Positions 8,573-17,860 of a stretch of DNA of 64,000 nucleotides are shown piece after piece. The notes beneath the pieces were generated by a model, which ran no database searches, had not been told where the DNA came from, and saw only the letters and a list, made by a program, of their open reading frames with translations. Both the position numbers and the translations under genes were made by a program. The number at the start of each line of letters is the position of its first letter. Position 1 is the first letter of the stretch. This DNA is from an uncultured Gammaproteobacteria bacterium (GTDB taxonomy: Bacteria > Patescibacteriota > Microgenomatia > Levybacterales > JACOYD01), in NCBI GenBank assembly GCA_964445095.1, contig CAYUJR010000002.1, positions 5,176 to 69,175 of the forward strand. The letters run 5' to 3'.

Positions 8573-9709
8573 ATGTGGCAGAGCCTCAAAAACATCTATC
8601 ACTTGGCCATGGCGGTGGTGGCTAATTTGTGGTTTGGTTTTCCCTCAAAAAAGCTGACGGTCATTGGCGTGACCGGCACTGACGGTAAGACGACTACTGT
8701 TAACCTCATTTACCATATCTTAAAAACCGCCGGAAAACAGGTTTCGATGATTTCTTCGGTGGGGGCGGTTATTAATAGCAAAAATTATGAGACAGGTTTT
8801 CATGTGACCACTCCCTCTTCCTGGAAACTGCAAAAGTTTATCAAGAAAGCAGAAGGTTATTTAGTTCTCGAAGTTACTTCGCACGCTCTTGACCAGTACC
8901 GTGTTTGGGGCATAGATTTTGCAATTGGGGTACTGACTAATGTTACCAATGAACATCTTGATTACCACAAAACCTGGGAACAATATGTGAAAGTCAAATC
9001 AAAGTTGTTAAAAAACGCCAAGATAGCAATTGTTAATAAAGATGACAACTCCTACGGAGTAATTTCCAATTTCCAATTTCCAATTTCCAATAAATTAATT
9101 ACTTATGGATTAAAAAACTTTTCTTTTAAGACAAAATTGATGGGGGAGTTTAATAAATATAATATTTTGGCGGCGGCGGCGGCGGCAAAGACTTTAGGAA
9201 TAAAAGATCAAGTGATAAAAAAAGCAATAGCCAGTTTCCAATTACCGATTGGCAGGATGGAAGTTGTTTATAACGGCGCGTTTATGGTTATTATTGACTT
9301 TGCTCATACTCCAAACGCCCTAGAGCAAGCTTTATCGACAGTGAAAAAAAATGTTAGTGGTCGGTTAATTCATATTTTTGGTAGTGCTGGAGAAAGAGAT
9401 TTTCAGAAACGGCCGGAAATGGGAAGAGTTTCTAGCAAATACGCAGACATTATTATTTTGACTGCGGAGGATCCACGTTCGGAATCGGTTGATAAGATTA
9501 TCGAAGAGATTGAATCAGGAATTAAAAAGTCAGGAGTTTTGAGGGTTCAAAACAGGCAGGAGGCGATTAATACTGCTATTAAAATGGCCAAAAAAGGAGA
9601 TGTGGTGTTACTTACCGGTAAAGGGCACGAACAGTCGATGAATTATGGTCGGGGGGAGGAGCCGTGGAGTGAACATGAAGCAGTTAAACAAGCACTTAAA
9701 AAAAGTTAA
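8573..9709 (+). CDS. murE: MurE-type Mur ligase (short form lacking the N-terminal domain)
   Basis: GVTGTDGKTT, TTP, EVTSH, EHLDYH, DFAHTP, GERD..KRP.MG, EDPR, GKGHE. Confidence 0.9.
   Translation: MWQSLKNIYHLAMAVVANLWFGFPSKKLTVIGVTGTDGKTTTVNLIYHILKTAGKQVSMISSVGAVINSKNYETGFHVTTPSSWKLQKFIKKAEGYLVLEVTSHALDQYRVWGIDFAIGVLTNVTNEHLDYHKTWEQYVKVKSKLLKNAKIAIVNKDDNSYGVISNFQFPISNKLITYGLKNFSFKTKLMGEFNKYNILAAAAAAKTLGIKDQVIKKAIASFQLPIGRMEVVYNGAFMVIIDFAHTPNALEQALSTVKKNVSGRLIHIFGSAGERDFQKRPEMGRVSSKYADIIILTAEDPRSESVDKIIEEIESGIKKSGVLRVQNRQEAINTAIKMAKKGDVVLLTGKGHEQSMNYGRGEEPWSEHEAVKQALKKS
9061..9091 (+). repeat. (AATTTCC)4 in-frame tandem repeat inside murE
   Basis: Four perfect heptamers encoding ISNFQFPISN. 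Confidence 0.95.
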
Positions 9710-11099
9710 ACGCATCCATTTTGTCGGGATTAAAGGCGTAGGGGTGGCGCCGTTGGCAATTTACGCCAAACAGGCCGGCGTTATTGTTAGTGGAAGTGAC
9801 ATTGAAGATGAGTTTATTACAGACTTGCCTTTGAAAGAAGCGGGCATATCCTGGACTGTGGGATTTGACTCCAAAGATTTACCTGACAAGTTGGACTTGG
9901 TAATTGCTACCGGTGCTCATGGTGGGATGACTAATTCGCAAGTGGCGGAAGCCAAAAAGCGGGGGATTGCCGTTTGGATGCAGGGCGAGGCAGTGGGTAA
10001 ATTTATGGAGGATTTTTTTGGTATTTCGGTCACCGGTTGCCATGGTAAAACTACCACCGCGGGCATGTTAGCCACGTTACTGGTTAAATCTGGTCTTGAT
10101 CCCTCATATATTGTCGGTTCGGGAACAATCCGGCCCCTCGGAGCGGCCGGACACAAAGGTAGGGGTAGATATTTTATTGCCGAAGCGGACGAGTACGCCA
10201 ATGAACCGACATTTGATAAAACTCCCAAATTTTTATATCAAGACCCCAAAATGATAATTCTCACCAACATTGATTTTGACCATCCGGATTTGTTTAACAG
10301 CATTGATCAAATTAGAGAAAGCATATTAAAATTCTTACAAAAACTGGGTAAAGACGGCGTGGCTATAGTTAATGGCGATGACAGTCAAATTCAAAAAATC
10401 CTTCCCCAGATTGGAGCTAAAGTAATTACTTTTGGCACTACGCCCAAAAATGATTTTTATCTAGCCCGCGTAGGTACCATTCCCGGTAAAACTACCCTTA
10501 ATATTATCAATAAAAATGTCAGTCTGGGTGAGTTCTTGCTTAGTCTGCCGGGAGTTCATAATGCCAAAAATGCCTTGGCGGTGGTGGTGGCGGCTTTGGA
10601 GCTGGGTATTTCTGTAGATAAAATAAAACAATATCTGCCGGTCTTTGCGGGAGCCAAAAGACGGTTTGAGTTAGTCGGTAAGTTAAAAAGCGGCGCCCAA
10701 GTTTACGATGATTACGCTCATCATCCCAAAGAAATTACCGAAACGCTTTTATCTGTCAAGCAATGGTTTCCCAAATCAAGAATAACTGTTATTTTTCAGC
10801 CTCACACTTATTCCAGAACCAAAGCCTTATTTATTGATTTTATCCACGCTTTTTCCCAAGCCGACCAGGTTATTTTTACCAATATTTATCCATCTTTGCG
10901 GGAAGAGCCGGATTTAACAGTTTCCTCTCAAAAACTGGCTGCCTCGACCGGTAAATTTCATCCCAGCGTTAAGTTTTTAGCCCAGCCTCGGGATGTGATA
11001 GAATATATAAACAATCAAGAATGGACGGAGAAAGATTTAATAATGACCATGGGAGCGGGAGACGTGTATAAGATTGCAGAAGCAATCTTGCGCGCATAG
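9675..11099 (+). CDS. murC: UDP-N-acetylmuramate--L-alanine ligase
   Basis: IHFVGIKGVG, GCHGKTTT, EADE, DFDHPD, DDYAHHP.EI, FQPHTYSRT, MGAGD; start placed at ATG 9675. Confidence 0.95.
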   Translation: MKQLNKHLKKVKRIHFVGIKGVGVAPLAIYAKQAGVIVSGSDIEDEFITDLPLKEAGISWTVGFDSKDLPDKLDLVIATGAHGGMTNSQVAEAKKRGIAVWMQGEAVGKFMEDFFGISVTGCHGKTTTAGMLATLLVKSGLDPSYIVGSGTIRPLGAAGHKGRGRYFIAEADEYANEPTFDKTPKFLYQDPKMIILTNIDFDHPDLFNSIDQIRESILKFLQKLGKDGVAIVNGDDSQIQKILPQIGAKVITFGTTPKNDFYLARVGTIPGKTTLNIINKNVSLGEFLLSLPGVHNAKNALAVVVAALELGISVDKIKQYLPVFAGAKRRFELVGKLKSGAQVYDDYAHHPKEITETLLSVKQWFPKSRITVIFQPHTYSRTKALFIDFIHAFSQADQVIFTNIYPSLREEPDLTVSSQKLAASTGKFHPSVKFLAQPRDVIEYINNQEWTEKDLIMTMGAGDVYKIAEAILRA

Positions 11100-11127
11100 C
11101 GCTAAAAATTGCCGATGCAATTTTGTC

Positions 11128-11153
11128 AAATCCTAAATTCTAATTTCTAAATC
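11128..11153 (+). repeat. Degenerate heptamer repeat directly before murB
   Basis: aaatcct aaattct aatttct aaatc. Confidence 0.6.
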
Positions 11154-12146
11154 ATGAACATTATGGATAAAAAACTACAAGAATTGGAGAAAAATTTAGG
11201 GGCGGGTAGAGTTCGTGTCGGTGAGGTGATGAGCGCACATACTACCTTTAAAATTGGCGGGCCGGCCCAATTTTATTTTGAAGCAAATACCATTGACGAT
11301 TTGGTAAATGCAGTCAAAACAGCCAATAAATTAGATCTACCTTTTTTTGTTTTTGGCGGAGGTTCAAACATTATAGTTTCCGACAATGGCATTAAAGGTC
11401 TGGTGATTAAAAATAACTGCCGAAAATTCACCGTCTCTAAAATGAGCGGAAGCGTAAGGGGTAAAAAAGTGGGAGTTGATAAGGCATTGGTAGCGGCAGA
11501 AAGCGGAGCGCTAATGAATCAATTGGTGCGTTTTACCATCGACCAGGGTTTACAGGGTTTGGAATATCAATTGGGATTGCCGGGAACAGTAGGTGGGGCA
11601 ATATATATGAATTCCAATTTCCCCAAAAAGGGAGCCTACGCGGGAGACTCCCTATATCAGGCTAAGCTCATAACTCGAGAGGGAGAAATAAAAGAAGTTA
11701 GTAATTCTTATTTCCAGTTTGGTTACGATAAGAGCATCTTGCAAGAAACAGGGGAGATAGTTTTATCAGTAGTTTTTCGTTTTAAACCGGCCGATAAAAA
11801 AATATTGTGGGAAAAGGGAATGGAGGCCTTAAATTATCGCAGCCTAACTCAACCTAAGGGAGCATCAGCCGGTTGCACCTTCAGAAATATTTCCGTAGTT
11901 GATGCGGTTAGAATTCCCACCCCGCAGCAAATTACTTCCGCCGGATACTTAGTTGATAAGGCTGGGTTAAAAGGAAAACGAATAGGTGACGCCATGATTT
12001 CTCCGCTTCATGCCAACTTTATTCTGAATTTTGGTCGAGCTCATGCTCAAGATGTGACGTCGCTAGTTAAGCTCGCCAAAGACGAGGTTTATAAAAAATT
12101 CGGCGTAAATTTACAATTGGAGGTTAAAACCGTCGGTTTTAGTTAG
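11154..12146 (+). CDS. murB: UDP-N-acetylmuramate dehydrogenase
   Basis: HTTFKIGGPA, GGGSN, GLPGTVGGA, SAGCTFRN, HANFI, LEV. Confidence 0.96.
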   Translation: MNIMDKKLQELEKNLGAGRVRVGEVMSAHTTFKIGGPAQFYFEANTIDDLVNAVKTANKLDLPFFVFGGGSNIIVSDNGIKGLVIKNNCRKFTVSKMSGSVRGKKVGVDKALVAAESGALMNQLVRFTIDQGLQGLEYQLGLPGTVGGAIYMNSNFPKKGAYAGDSLYQAKLITREGEIKEVSNSYFQFGYDKSILQETGEIVLSVVFRFKPADKKILWEKGMEALNYRSLTQPKGASAGCTFRNISVVDAVRIPTPQQITSAGYLVDKAGLKGKRIGDAMISPLHANFILNFGRAHAQDVTSLVKLAKDEVYKKFGVNLQLEVKTVGFS

Positions 12147-12157
12147 ATAAGCTCACT

Positions 12158-13480
12158 ATGAAAAAATACATTGTTAAGGGCGGAGTCCCATTAAGAGGTG
12201 AGGTGAGCGTTTCCGGAGCAAAAAACGTGGCGCTTAAGGCACTGGTGGCGGCCGCTCTAACCAGGGAGGAAGTAGAGATTGATAACGTTCCGCTGATTTC
12301 CGACTTGTTTATTATGATAGACATTATTCGTGAATTGGGAGGCGAGGTCAAGATTTTAGATCATCAGTTAAAAATTAGAGTAGGAGATATTAAAAAGCAT
12401 AAAATCTCGCTTGACAAAGCCAGCGAAATCAGAACTTCTTCAATGTTTCTCGCGCCACTACTGGCCAGAACCGGTCAGGCGATTATTCCCAATCCCGGCG
12501 GTTGCAGAATCGGCGCCCGGCCAATAGACAGGATAGTAGAAGGTTTGAAAAAACTGGGATGCGATATTATCTATGACAGTAATGATGGATACTTTCATGC
12601 CAAAACCAAAGGTTTGGTAGGCGCTCATCATAAATTTGATAAAAATACCCATACCGGAACGGAAACGATGATTTTGGCCGCAGTGCTGGCTCGTGGCCGG
12701 ACGGTGCTGGAGAATGCCGCTCAAGAGCCGGAAATAGATGAGCTGATAATTCTGCTTAACAACATGGGGGGAAAGGTTATTCGAAGCCGCTCTCGCACTA
12801 TTGTAATTGAAGGAGTAGAAAAACTTCATGGAACGAAATTTTCGATCGGCCCGGATAGAAACGAAGTAGTCACCTTTGCCCTGGCTGGATTGGCGACGGG
12901 TGGAGAGGCGACAGTAGTAGGTGCCGAAAAAAAATCAATCAAGGCTTTTTTAGATAAACTTTCCCAAGCTGGAGCAAATTGGCAGGAAGTTGAGAGAGGA
13001 ATACATTTCTCGGGTAAGAATCTGCGGTCTACAGAGGTGACGACTTCTTTTTTTCCGGGTTTTATGACTGATTGGCAGGGACCCTGGGCGGTGTTAATGA
13101 CCAAGGCTCAAGGCATATCAATAATTCACGAAACAGTCTACGAAAATAGATTCTCATATATTGGCGAGTTGTTAAGAATGGGGGCCAAAATTGAATTGTT
13201 TAACCCCAAAGTTAAAAACCCGCAAGAGCTCTATAATTTTAATTGGGCAGATGACAAAGATGAATACTTTCATGCTGCCAAAATTTACGGTCCCACCCCG
13301 CTGCATAATGCCGCTCTGTCAATCTCTGACTTACGGGCCGGAGCGACGTTGGTTTTAGCCGCTTTGGCGGCCTCGGGCGAAAGCGTTATTCATGGCATAG
13401 AGCATATTGACCGCGGATATGAAGATTTTGCGGGAAGATTAAAAAAACTTGGCGCCAATATCAAGAGGTTAGAGGATTAA
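12158..13480 (+). CDS. murA: UDP-GlcNAc 1-carboxyvinyltransferase
   Basis: SGAKN, PGGCRIGARP (catalytic Cys), ENAAQEPE, ETVYENRF, DLRAGA, IDRGYE. Confidence 0.97.
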   Translation: MKKYIVKGGVPLRGEVSVSGAKNVALKALVAAALTREEVEIDNVPLISDLFIMIDIIRELGGEVKILDHQLKIRVGDIKKHKISLDKASEIRTSSMFLAPLLARTGQAIIPNPGGCRIGARPIDRIVEGLKKLGCDIIYDSNDGYFHAKTKGLVGAHHKFDKNTHTGTETMILAAVLARGRTVLENAAQEPEIDELIILLNNMGGKVIRSRSRTIVIEGVEKLHGTKFSIGPDRNEVVTFALAGLATGGEATVVGAEKKSIKAFLDKLSQAGANWQEVERGIHFSGKNLRSTEVTTSFFPGFMTDWQGPWAVLMTKAQGISIIHETVYENRFSYIGELLRMGAKIELFNPKVKNPQELYNFNWADDKDEYFHAAKIYGPTPLHNAALSISDLRAGATLVLAALAASGESVIHGIEHIDRGYEDFAGRLKKLGANIKRLED

Positions 13481-13481
13481 T

Positions 13482-14708
13482 ATGCAGGCAATTTTACTAG
13501 CAGCTGGCAGTTCCAGTCGTTTTTATCCTTTTAACGGGACGCATAAATCAATGGTTTATCTTTTGGGCAAGCCGATACTAGCTCACGCAATTGATGGACT
13601 AAGAAGTATTGGCATAAAAGAGCTTATTATTGTAGTAAGAGATGATGGAATAGTTAAAGATTATTTTGGCGATGGTAAAAAATTTGGAGTAGAAATTAAT
13701 TATGTTGTCATAAATCAACCCTTGGGAATGGGTGATGCCCTACTTCAAGCTAAAAAACACCTTAAGGGTGATTTTATTTTTTTAGGGGGAAACCATGTTA
13801 ATAGTAACATTTTAGTTAGTAAATTATTGACTAACAGAAAAAATACTGATGCGGTAGTATTAATTAACCAAAGATTAAATACTTGGGAATATGGAGTTGT
13901 TAAGCTGGTAGGGCAGCAGGTTAAGGGAGTGGTGGAGAAGCCCAAGAAAGGTCAAGAACCGTCAAAATTTTGTTTAGTCAGTATCTATTTATTACCTATT
14001 AATTTTTTGGCGGTTTTAGAAAAAACTAAAGTGCATCAGTATAATTTTGAAGAGGCTTTGGATGAGTTTACCAAGATAGCAAAAGTCGCGGCAGTGGAGA
14101 TTAAAGAGGAGATAGCCACCTTAAAATACCCTTGGGATTTATTAAACGTTAAGAACATGCTGCTAAAAAAGATGAAAGACTATCGGGGAAAAAATGTCAA
14201 AATTGCCAAAAGCGCGGAAATTATTGGCGAAGTTTCTATTAGTGATGGTGTAGTAATTATGGAAGGAGTGCGTATTAAAGGTCCTGCTTATTTGGGAAAA
14301 AATGTGACAGTTGGTAATAATGCCTTGTTGCGTGGTGGAGTTGACGTGGAAGAGGGGTCGGTAGTTGGTTCTTATATGGAAGTTAAAAATAGTCTGGTAA
14401 TGAAAAATAGTACTACCCACTCCGGTTTTATTGGAGATTCAGTAGTTGGAGAAGCTTGCAAAATTGGCGCCCAATTTTGCACCGCTAATGTCAGAATTGA
14501 CAGAAAAACTATTCATGATAGTGGTCGTAAATTCTTAGGCGTAATTATGGGAAATAATGTTCATATCGGTATTAAATCATCCACCATGCCGGGAGTTATT
14601 ATTGGTAATAATGCTACCATTGGCCCCTCTACCACAGTTTTGCAAAACGTGTCTGATGATTCCCGTTACTACACCAAATTTGAAAAAATAGTGGAGGAGA
14701 AAAATTGA
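13482..14708 (+). CDS. glmU: Archaeal-type bifunctional sugar-1-phosphate nucleotidylyltransferase/acetyltransferase (GlmU-like)
   Basis: ILLAAG...R..P, EKP, YPWDLL, hexapeptide repeats; next to glmS. Confidence 0.78.
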   Translation: MQAILLAAGSSSRFYPFNGTHKSMVYLLGKPILAHAIDGLRSIGIKELIIVVRDDGIVKDYFGDGKKFGVEINYVVINQPLGMGDALLQAKKHLKGDFIFLGGNHVNSNILVSKLLTNRKNTDAVVLINQRLNTWEYGVVKLVGQQVKGVVEKPKKGQEPSKFCLVSIYLLPINFLAVLEKTKVHQYNFEEALDEFTKIAKVAAVEIKEEIATLKYPWDLLNVKNMLLKKMKDYRGKNVKIAKSAEIIGEVSISDGVVIMEGVRIKGPAYLGKNVTVGNNALLRGGVDVEEGSVVGSYMEVKNSLVMKNSTTHSGFIGDSVVGEACKIGAQFCTANVRIDRKTIHDSGRKFLGVIMGNNVHIGIKSSTMPGVIIGNNATIGPSTTVLQNVSDDSRYYTKFEKIVEEKN

Positions 14709-15376
14709 AAAAGAAACTAATACTTTTTGATTTGGATAATACTCTTTTTAATTCTGCTTCTTTAAGAGAAGCGATTTTTCTTAAAGTAGGGCAAGTATTG
14801 GCCAGTGATAAAAGTGAGATTGGCATAATAAGCGCCGTTGCTTCACGGATTTATGACGAACTAATGCGGGAGTTTGGCATATTTGATCCAACGCTTTTTT
14901 TGGAAGAAGTATTCAACCAAACCGGTAAGGGTGATGCAAAAGAAAAAAGAGAAATAATTCGTTTTATTATGGATAGAAATACTATCAAGGGACATTTCCA
15001 TAAAGAGGTGATGAATATTTTACTGCAACTATCAAAAATCGGACATTTGGGGATTTATTCCCAGGGAGAGAAAAAATTGCAGCGCCGAAAAATATCTTTT
15101 ATCAAACACTTGTTGCAACCCAAAATAATTCATGTCACTCGAAGTAAAAAATCGCAAATGAGAAGAATTTTTCGAAAATACAATAACTATAAAATATTTT
15201 ATATTGACGATAGATTACCGATGTTACAGCTTGCCAAGGAGATAGGAACAGATGTGGTTGGCGTTTGGGTTAAACGCGGTGGATATGCTAAGATGCAGCA
15301 ACCAATCGCCGGTTTTAAACCTGATGCGCAATTTAGTGATATTAAAAAAATTGTGGAACTAGTTGCTAATTATTAA
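14705..15376 (+). CDS. HAD-superfamily hydrolase
   Basis: Motif I FDLDNTL, motif IV IDD. Confidence 0.85.
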   Translation: MKKKLILFDLDNTLFNSASLREAIFLKVGQVLASDKSEIGIISAVASRIYDELMREFGIFDPTLFLEEVFNQTGKGDAKEKREIIRFIMDRNTIKGHFHKEVMNILLQLSKIGHLGIYSQGEKKLQRRKISFIKHLLQPKIIHVTRSKKSQMRRIFRKYNNYKIFYIDDRLPMLQLAKEIGTDVVGVWVKRGGYAKMQQPIAGFKPDAQFSDIKKIVELVANY

Positions 15377-15386
15377 TTTCTAATTT

Positions 15387-17153
15387 ATGTGTGGAATATT
15401 CGGTTACGTAGGTAAAAAAAATGCCTCCGATGTTGTAATAGCCGGTTTAAAAAGACTGGAATACAGGGGTTATGATTCGTGGGGTATTGCCGTAGTAGCC
15501 GATGAAATAAAACTCAATAAAAAAGTGGGAGCGATCGGAGATATGCTTCCGTCATCCAACTTCCAACTTCCAGCCTCCAACATCGGTATTGGCCACACCC
15601 GCTGGGCTACTCATGGGGGAATCACCGAAACTAATGCTCACCCACATTTTTCCACTGATAAATCTTTTGCCCTAGCCCAAAATGGAATTGTGGAGAATTA
15701 TCAAGTATTAAAAGATGAACTTAAGGAAAGGGGTTACAAATTTTTTACAGAAACAGATACGGAGGTAATTGTCCGGTTAATAGAAGATAAATTGAAGCTA
15801 ATTAAAGACCTGCAGGAAGCTGTCAGAAAAGCTTTTTTGGAGCTTGAAGGTAGAAACACAATTATTATTTTGACTAAGGATGGTCAAATTATTTCTGCCA
15901 GAAATGGTTCTCCCTTGGTGGTTGGAGTTAATCAAAAAGAAGTATTTTTTTCATCCGATACTTTATCTTTTGCGCCATTCGTCAAAAAAGTAATAGTGAT
16001 AGATAATGGCCAGATGGTTTATTATAACGGTAAACTTAATGTAGTAGATATTAAGTCCGGCAAAAGTCTCCAATACCATCTTGAAAAGATCGATTTTAAA
16101 AACAGTAAGGTTGATAAAGAAGGCTACGACCATTTTATGTTAAAAGAAATTCATGAAAGTCCTTATGTGATTGGTCAAGTAATCAATCAAGCTCGTGGCT
16201 TAGACGCTCTTGGTAGAGCTATAAAGAAAGCTAAAACTGTCTACTGCGTCGCTATTGGCACAGCTGGTGGTGCTGCTTCCCAAATAGCCTTCTATTTAAG
16301 GGTTCATTCTGGGATTAAAGCCTTGAGTTTAACGGCAGCTAATGCTCTTGATTATTACCCTTTGTTTACCACAGACGATTTGATCATTAACCCCTCCCAA
16401 TCCGGAGAATCAGCTGATGTTTTGGAGGTTTTGGAAAAAGCTAAAGAAAAGGGAGTAAAAATCGCTTCTTATGTTAATATGCCGGGTTCAACTACGACCA
16501 GAATGTCAGATTTTAAGTTCATGTCTAATGCCGGACCGGAAATTTGCGTGATGTCCACAAAAGTTTATGCTTCTCAAATAGCCTGGGGGTATTTGCTGTC
16601 AAAAGTGGTAAGCAGAAAGCAGGAAGATGGACAGACAAACCTTAAGTCTTTATCTTTGGAGGTGGAAAAGTATTTAAATACCGAAAATAATCACGATTTG
16701 ATAAAAAACCTGGCAAAGGAGCTGGTTAAAAAACAGCACATTTTTCTTCTGGGTAAATACCAAAACTTAAATATAGCTCGCGAAGGTATGATTAAAATTA
16801 TCGAGGGTTCATACATTCATGCTCATGCTATGCCGGCAGGAGACTTAAAGCATTACGCCATTACTCTAATGGAAAAAGGGGTGCCAGTGATTGTAGTAGT
16901 TTCTGAAGATATAGCAAGAGATGATGTGATAAACGCCGTAAATGAGGTCAGAGCCAGAGGGGCTTGGGTAATAGGCATTGCGCCCAAATCACACCCGAGT
17001 TTTGATGTCCATCTACCAGTGCCTAATACAGGGGAAACATCAGCCATCATGAATATAATCCCTTTACAGCTTTTAGCTTATTATATGGCAGTAGAACTGG
17101 GTCACAATGTAGACAAACCCAGAAATATTGCTAAGAGTGTAACAGTCAAATGA
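15387..17153 (+). CDS. glmS: Glutamine--fructose-6-phosphate aminotransferase
   Basis: MCGIFG, EYRGYDS, GHTRWATHG, SQSGES, PRNIAKSVT. Confidence 0.97.
   Translation: MCGIFGYVGKKNASDVVIAGLKRLEYRGYDSWGIAVVADEIKLNKKVGAIGDMLPSSNFQLPASNIGIGHTRWATHGGITETNAHPHFSTDKSFALAQNGIVENYQVLKDELKERGYKFFTETDTEVIVRLIEDKLKLIKDLQEAVRKAFLELEGRNTIIILTKDGQIISARNGSPLVVGVNQKEVFFSSDTLSFAPFVKKVIVIDNGQMVYYNGKLNVVDIKSGKSLQYHLEKIDFKNSKVDKEGYDHFMLKEIHESPYVIGQVINQARGLDALGRAIKKAKTVYCVAIGTAGGAASQIAFYLRVHSGIKALSLTAANALDYYPLFTTDDLIINPSQSGESADVLEVLEKAKEKGVKIASYVNMPGSTTTRMSDFKFMSNAGPEICVMSTKVYASQIAWGYLLSKVVSRKQEDGQTNLKSLSLEVEKYLNTENNHDLIKNLAKELVKKQHIFLLGKYQNLNIAREGMIKIIEGSYIHAHAMPAGDLKHYAITLMEKGVPVIVVVSEDIARDDVINAVNEVRARGAWVIGIAPKSHPSFDVHLPVPNTGETSAIMNIIPLQLLAYYMAVELGHNVDKPRNIAKSVTVK
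15555..15582 (+). repeat. Heptamer repeat (TCCAACT-like x4) inside glmS
   Basis: tccaact tccaact tccagcc tccaaca encoding SSNFQLPASN just before GIGHTRW. Confidence 0.85.
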
Positions 17154-17860
17154 AAAATATTCTTATTCTGCATGGTTGGGAATTGCGCGGCAGTGTTTAT
17201 AATCAGTTAAAAAAACTTCTGGAGAAAGAGGGTTTTACAGTTTTTGTTCCTGATTTGCCGGGGTTTGGTGAACGGCCATTGTCAAAACCGGTTTTAACTC
17301 TTGCCGATTATGTTAATTTCGTGAAAGATTTTATTAAAAAAAATATCAAACAAGATCTGGTTATTATTGGTCATTCTTTTGGGGCGCGGGTGGCGATTGT
17401 GCTAGCTTCACAAAACCCAGAAAATTTAAAAAAATTGGTATTAACCGGAGCGCCGGGAATTCGCCGACCCCTGCCTCTTCGTTCAAAAATTGCTTTTTTT
17501 CTGGCTAAAACTGCTAGTGGAATCTTTACTGTACCGCCATTCTCTTTTCTCCAAGGTTTTTTTCGAAAATTATTGTATAAATTTACCGGAGAATTTGATT
17601 ATTATAAAGCCGGAAACTTAAGAGAAACTTTTAAGAATATAATTGCTCACGAGCTGACAGATCATTTAGCAAAAATTAAAATACCAACATTACTGGTATG
17701 GGGAGAACAGGACTTGATTGTACCTGTTTCTGATGGTCAGGCAATGCGAGAGTTTATATCCAATGCCAAATTAATAGTTATTAGAACAGCCAATCATAAA
17801 TTGCCCTATCTTCAGCCGGATATTTTTGTCAAAACAATTTTACCCTTTCTCATAAAATGA
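17150..17860 (+). CDS. Alpha/beta-fold hydrolase
   Basis: LHGW, DLPGFG, GHSFG nucleophile elbow, WGEQD, C-terminal His. Confidence 0.9.
   Translation: MKNILILHGWELRGSVYNQLKKLLEKEGFTVFVPDLPGFGERPLSKPVLTLADYVNFVKDFIKKNIKQDLVIIGHSFGARVAIVLASQNPENLKKLVLTGAPGIRRPLPLRSKIAFFLAKTASGIFTVPPFSFLQGFFRKLLYKFTGEFDYYKAGNLRETFKNIIAHELTDHLAKIKIPTLLVWGEQDLIVPVSDGQAMREFISNAKLIVIRTANHKLPYLQPDIFVKTILPFLIK

Noticed and set aside
9170-9187. GCG run in murE
   Set aside because: Codon-phase poly-Ala in the conserved N.LAA helix; not part of the 7-8 bp repeat family
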